64,000 bases of DNA from Candidatus Hermodarchaeota archaeon. GTDB taxonomy: Archaea > Asgardarchaeota > Hermodarchaeia > Hermodarchaeales > Hermodarchaeaceae. Below, piece after piece: positions 59,761-64,000 of this stretch. The notes under the pieces were generated by a model, which did no database searches, was not told the origin of the DNA, and saw nothing but the letters and a program-made list of their open reading frames with translations. Position numbers and translations under genes: made by a program. The stretch lies in contig JAEOUH010000070.1 in NCBI GenBank assembly GCA_016839365.1, positions 1-64,000 on the forward strand. Direction: 5' to 3'. Positions within the stretch are counted from its first letter, which is position 1; each line of letters opens with the position of its first letter.

Positions 59761-61164
59761 TTAATAGAATTGTTGGGTTCTGTGCCACCGTTTATGGGCT
59801 TCCGCTTTGTCTTTGGGAATAAAACGCCTGCAAACAGGACATCGAACATACCCTTGGGCAATCATCTCTAAGGCACGAGCCCGACGACGTTCATCAGTGA
59901 CTTTTCCAAAATATTCAGCGAGTGCGAAAAGAAGGAATGTTGCTGGAAGTAGGAGAATTGCCGGTATCAAGACCGCTACCCCTGCCCGTAGGATCCGGTC
60001 AGAATTCGTTGGGACCGACAACACGGTTGTCTGTGGTGGATTGCTGATGAGAATCTCTGTTCCCAGACGGTTGAAATCAAAATTTTTTGCAATAACATTA
60101 GTAGGTGATTCCACTAAGTGCCAGAGAATGTTAGGCTCCCAACTTAACATATGCTTCAGGACAACTAGTACTGGTTTGGTATTTTCATTTACGGTGCCAA
60201 CACCCAGCACCTCATGTCCAGGGTTAAATGGGTCGATGTCCCCGATGAACACAGACTCAATTCCGATTTGCAAATGTTCCTCCGACCAGATAGTCGTCGT
60301 TATCCATTCTCCCAATTGCCTGTAGAAGACTCGAATATCATGATCCCTTACGATGGCGATTTCATTCCCTGCAGGTTGAAGCATGAAATCTCCCACTGCA
60401 ATTGAACGTGTTACCCCTCCCCATTCAATGAGTTGGGTTATCGTCCAAGTTCCCTCATCGTATCTTAAATAGAAGGCTCCAGTATCTATTCCGCCTGCAA
60501 TCAATTCATCGCCGCTGTTTGAGGTATCCACATTACCAGCTGCGCCAGTGAGTAAAATGGTTAGTTCAGTATGAACTTGGTCAATATTCCAAGTTGTACT
60601 ATTGAATCTGCTAGCTACATAGATGTGACCCGTTGAAGTGGTAGTAGACACATTGTAATGTTGACCAATAATGGCTATCTCCATGGCGTCTGATGTCGTG
60701 ATGAATTGACCGGCAAACATATGGTTAGTTGTCCACACTGGATATCCATCGGGAAGGTTACCGATTTCTTCTGAATGCCAGATGGCAGCTCCGCGGAAGT
60801 TCAAATGGAGTATTCCATCCTGTGTAAGGACTGCGATTTCGTCTCCTTTGTATTCATCATAATAATCGCCAACGCTTAGGGCTATGAGTGGATTCGTTTC
60901 CCAGTCGGGGTTCTGAAAGACCGTCTCTTGCCATGGGGACGCAGTTAACCCACCAACTATAATGACACGCGATGGAGTTAAGTAGACTAATTCAAGGCCG
61001 GGTTTTGAAACGTCAAGGTCACCAAGTGCAATTTGCGTTGCATTATCAGTGGGATATGTACTTGTTACATATCGATCTCTTAGGCCAATCCAATTAACAA
61101 CGAGGAGGATGATAATAAGCACCAGCCAAACCGTATATAACTGGGATTTTCGAAATCGTACCAC
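59761..61164 (-). CDS. FG-GAP/VCBS-like repeat membrane protein with cytoplasmic C2H2 zinc finger
   Basis: Repeats of (L/V)GD.D....G.E(L/I), N- and C-terminal TM segments, CPVC-x10-HKRWH. Confidence 0.8.
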   Translation of the reverse strand: MVRFRKSQLYTVWLVLIIILLVVNWIGLRDRYVTSTYPTDNATQIALGDLDVSKPGLELVYLTPSRVIIVGGLTASPWQETVFQNPDWETNPLIALSVGDYYDEYKGDEIAVLTQDGILHLNFRGAAIWHSEEIGNLPDGYPVWTTNHMFAGQFITTSDAMEIAIIGQHYNVSTTTSTGHIYVASRFNSTTWNIDQVHTELTILLTGAAGNVDTSNSGDELIAGGIDTGAFYLRYDEGTWTITQLIEWGGVTRSIAVGDFMLQPAGNEIAIVRDHDIRVFYRQLGEWITTTIWSEEHLQIGIESVFIGDIDPFNPGHEVLGVGTVNENTKPVLVVLKHMLSWEPNILWHLVESPTNVIAKNFDFNRLGTEILISNPPQTTVLSVPTNSDRILRAGVAVLIPAILLLPATFLLFALAEYFGKVTDERRRARALEMIAQGYVRCPVCRRFIPKDKAEAHKRWHRTQQFY

Positions 61165-61303
61165 TCAAAATCACCCTCAACCAGTAAGATACTCCTACAA
61201 ACTCCAACCTTAAATACTCTTTATACTTTGCCCGGAGCAGGGAATGTGTAAATTGCCTTCACCGTTGACTTAATACGGAGATAAAACTCTGCCGTCAAAA
61301 AAG

Positions 61304-61834
61304 GTGTTGACTGATTTGGTCCGTCGGACACGTAGCCTAATCTTCCTTTCAATAATCCTAGCATCGAGTGTCCTTTTGGGTCTATCCGCCTTTTATCAAG
61401 CTGATACTTATCAATCTCTTAGTTTTTCCTTTGAAATAACCGCAATTAATGTGATCAGTAATGCGACTAGCGGCAGGTATGTAAGAGTGCAGATTGTTGG
61501 TCGAATCCAAAATCCTGGACTAACTCTCTCCGTGGACCTCATTCACACCGATACGCGTATCTTTCTCAATGGCGAACAGCTCTACTATGGATTCGGATTC
61601 AAAGGCAGCCGTATAATAATTATCCCTGGTGAAATTCGTAATTTTTCTTGGAATTACTCCCTAACTGATTCTGATCAACCTCTGTTCCTAGCCGCAGAAT
61701 CCAGTGGGAACTGGAATTGGGTTCTTCTGTTAGAACCACTTGTACAAACGCCATTTCTTGCTGAAACGAATAACGGCCGCTTAGAATTATCTCGCATCGT
61801 GGTCTATTTCGGAGCCAACATGCTCCCTCGATGA
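61304..61834 (+). CDS. hypothetical exported/membrane-anchored protein
   Basis: N-terminal TM followed by a beta-rich domain. Confidence 0.65.
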   Translation: MLTDLVRRTRSLIFLSIILASSVLLGLSAFYQADTYQSLSFSFEITAINVISNATSGRYVRVQIVGRIQNPGLTLSVDLIHTDTRIFLNGEQLYYGFGFKGSRIIIIPGEIRNFSWNYSLTDSDQPLFLAAESSGNWNWVLLLEPLVQTPFLAETNNGRLELSRIVVYFGANMLPR

Positions 61835-61964
61835 AACGAAATTAGATCGTCACCTGCATTCCATTTACTTTTAAAATCTAACCATCGGTTCTGGTGCAAG
61901 ACTATCAACTTTAATACCCACAAAGTTACTCACACACCAACTCCTAATTAAAGGGCATGAACCG

Positions 61965-62492
61965 ATGGCACAAGACATTCGACCCCGCGTTAGATGGCGA
62001 CATATCCTGACAATTGCAGGAATCATGTGTTTGGGATTCATTGGTATCGATTGGCTTCATTTCTTCCTCTTTGGAACCAAATTCACTTATCTTATCAACC
62101 CCCTTTCTCCCACCGCAGCCATAGACTTCTTCTTCTATCTCTTTGTCTTTGCTGGCATGGCCTTTTTCATCGGGTTCTTCGTCACCTTCGAAACGAAGGA
62201 GGTTGTAATTGCAGGATTCTTAGGTCCTTTCCTATTTCTTTTTTTCAACTATTTCATCATATTGGGAATACTTTTCATCAATCCAGCTTATGCCACTACC
62301 TTGATCCCTGGTTGGCAATGGATTTGGGGAATGGATCCCAACTGGGTCGCCGTATTCAACGAAGTCCTTGTAAGTTTCACCCTATTTTATCTACAAAGTC
62401 TCTTCTTGTTCCTAGTTATGGCTACCCCCTTCATTCTTGTCCTAAGCTTTACTGGAAATGCTTTTCGGCAAATGATGGGATGGAGTATTTAG
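61965..62492 (+). CDS. hypothetical four-TM membrane protein
   Basis: Hydrophobic, Phe-rich ORF. Confidence 0.7.
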   Translation: MAQDIRPRVRWRHILTIAGIMCLGFIGIDWLHFFLFGTKFTYLINPLSPTAAIDFFFYLFVFAGMAFFIGFFVTFETKEVVIAGFLGPFLFLFFNYFIILGILFINPAYATTLIPGWQWIWGMDPNWVAVFNEVLVSFTLFYLQSLFLFLVMATPFILVLSFTGNAFRQMMGWSI

Positions 62493-62573
62493 CAGACTTT
62501 TCCAAGAAAGAAACAGAGAAATAGCACCACCGTTAACCCACCAAGCACCCATGCATATCCTAGGTGTGATGCC

Positions 62574-63155
62574 TTGCTAACTGGAGAGCACATAATCCTT
62601 CGAGGATTAGAACTAGCGGATGTTGATGAGATACTCAAACACTGGAACGATGTTGAACTGCGACGTTTTCTCGGCCTAACAATGCCTGTATCAAAAGAAG
62701 AGGAGGAACAATGGATACGTAACACTTGGGACCAGCGTCGACAGGGCAACGAACATGTCTTCGGTATTGAGACCAAGCAACCAAAACACCTCATAGGTTC
62801 GTGCAGCCTGTTTAAACTTTCATGGGTTAACCGGTCAGCTGAACTGGGGATAGCAATTTGGAATAAACAATACTGGGCTAAAGGTCATGGCCAAGAGGCA
62901 ATCAATCTGCTGCTCGGTTATGGATTCAATTTCCTCAACCTCCACAGCATCTTCCTCCTCGTCAATGAGGATAATCCCCGCGCCATCCGAGCCTACGAGA
63001 AAGTGGGATTCCAACACGTGGCACGTCATCGCAAGGCCCTTTTTCAAGAGGGAAAATACAAGGACGTGCTAATCATGGATATCCTCGATGAGGAATTTCG
63101 CAACCGTCATCCTCCACATTATCCGCTCATCCAGGAGGGAACAAAGAATGTTTGA
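62574..63155 (+). CDS. GNAT acetyltransferase, RimJ/RimL family
   Basis: AELGIAI...YWAKGHGQEA, N.RAIRAYEKVGF. Confidence 0.92.
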   Translation: MLTGEHIILRGLELADVDEILKHWNDVELRRFLGLTMPVSKEEEEQWIRNTWDQRRQGNEHVFGIETKQPKHLIGSCSLFKLSWVNRSAELGIAIWNKQYWAKGHGQEAINLLLGYGFNFLNLHSIFLLVNEDNPRAIRAYEKVGFQHVARHRKALFQEGKYKDVLIMDILDEEFRNRHPPHYPLIQEGTKNV

Positions 63156-63684
63156 GGGTAAACAGGTTCTGCTACGCAGCCTTGAGCTAACCGATGCAGA
63201 GACGATAAACCTGCAATTCAATTGGTTAGAAGTTCGACGGTTCTTAGATATGCCCTATCCATCATCACTCGAAGATACAAAACAATGGATTAAGAAAACA
63301 TGGGAGGCAAGGAAAAACCACAAACACTATTTCTTCGCAATTGAGCACACTAAACTGCAACAATTACTCGGTGTCTGTGGACTGATGGATATCAGTAAAA
63401 TCAATCACAAAGCTGAGCTCATGATTGTGATTTACGAAGATCGGAACTACGACAAAGGATATGGAACTGAAGCCCTACGGCTTCTTCTGAATTTTGGCTT
63501 CAAGCAACTTAACCTTCATCGAATCGTATTATTCACACACGACATTAATATGCGTGCACAGCGAGTCTATGAAAAAATAGGGTTTAAGCCCGGCGGGCGC
63601 CGCCGCCAGGCCTCATTCTTTGAAGGGGCATACCACGATCTTCTACTTTATGATCTGCTTGCATCCGAGTTTCTTGATGTTTAA
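63148..63684 (+). CDS. GNAT acetyltransferase, RimJ/RimL family (tandem paralog)
   Basis: GGAGGG SD before ATG 63148; KGYGTEA, N.RAQRVYEKIGF. Confidence 0.92.
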   Translation: MFEGKQVLLRSLELTDAETINLQFNWLEVRRFLDMPYPSSLEDTKQWIKKTWEARKNHKHYFFAIEHTKLQQLLGVCGLMDISKINHKAELMIVIYEDRNYDKGYGTEALRLLLNFGFKQLNLHRIVLFTHDINMRAQRVYEKIGFKPGGRRRQASFFEGAYHDLLLYDLLASEFLDV

Positions 63685-64000
63685 GCCTCCGCTCGGGAAA
63701 ACAAGTAAGTTCCAATGGCAATCATTAGAAGTGAAAATCCACCTAGGACTGCCAGCGCAATGAGGGGGCCCAACGGACCTAATATAGGAGTAATGTATCC
63801 AACAAGGCAAAAGCGAAGGAGTTCTACTCCGTAGAAAAGAGGATCCGCGAGCATCGCTATTTGCAGAGGCAAGGGTGCTGTGTCAATTGGGAAGAAAACA
63901 CCACTTAACATAAAAAGTGGCCAGATGATAAACGTTGAAATCAACTGGAAGGCATGAAAATCTGTAAGAGCTGAACCAATTGCTACTCCGAGTCCGACAA
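63681..64000 (-). CDS. ABC-2 permease, C-terminal part (5' end outside window)
   Basis: PLFMLSGVFFP...P..LQ....DPL.YGVE..R. Confidence 0.85.
   Translation of the reverse strand, partial: VGLGVAIGSALTDFHAFQLISTFIIWPLFMLSGVFFPIDTAPLPLQIAMLADPLFYGVELLRFCLVGYITPILGPLGPLIALAVLGGFSLLMIAIGTYLFSRAEA

Noticed and set aside
1-64000. Genome-wide reassignment of TAG or TGA
   Set aside because: Conserved genes end at their normal length with TAG (e.g. the CoA-disulfide reductase, ridA, dodecin) or TGA (e.g. nadA, nadE).
1-64000. CRISPR array, transposase, integrase, rRNA
   Set aside because: No regularly spaced repeats or corresponding motifs observed.

Overview
Gene-dense archaeal chromosome segment, most likely from an Asgard archaeon. 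This is an inference from the Rab-like small GTPase, membrane-anchored tandem RING-like protein, archaeal FEN1, TrmB/Lrp regulators, TATA-type promoters and GGAGG/GGTGA Shine-Dalgarno (SD) sites. The main block is a ~12 kb minus-strand energy cluster. It holds a group 3b [NiFe] sulfhydrogenase (hydBGDA), then an HdrB-linked group-4 membrane-bound hydrogenase operon. In that operon the small subunit has an in-frame TGA, and the NuoC- and NuoD-like halves are separated by an in-frame TAG. Other recognisable genes are nadA-nadC-nadE, gdh (probable ATA start), a glutamate-synthase FMN-domain protein, several ABC genes and surface proteins. The most novel-looking region is 46.8-56 kb. It has a TackOD1-Lrp regulator and three paralogous standalone 7TM proteins with conserved leaders, bracketed by two structured non-coding elements rich in anti-SD sequence that share a 24-nt CTCTTT-centred hairpin. 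A split PEP-synthase-like dikinase module follows. No rRNA, tRNA, CRISPR array or mobile element was recognised. All family assignments are by eye from motifs; no database search was run.
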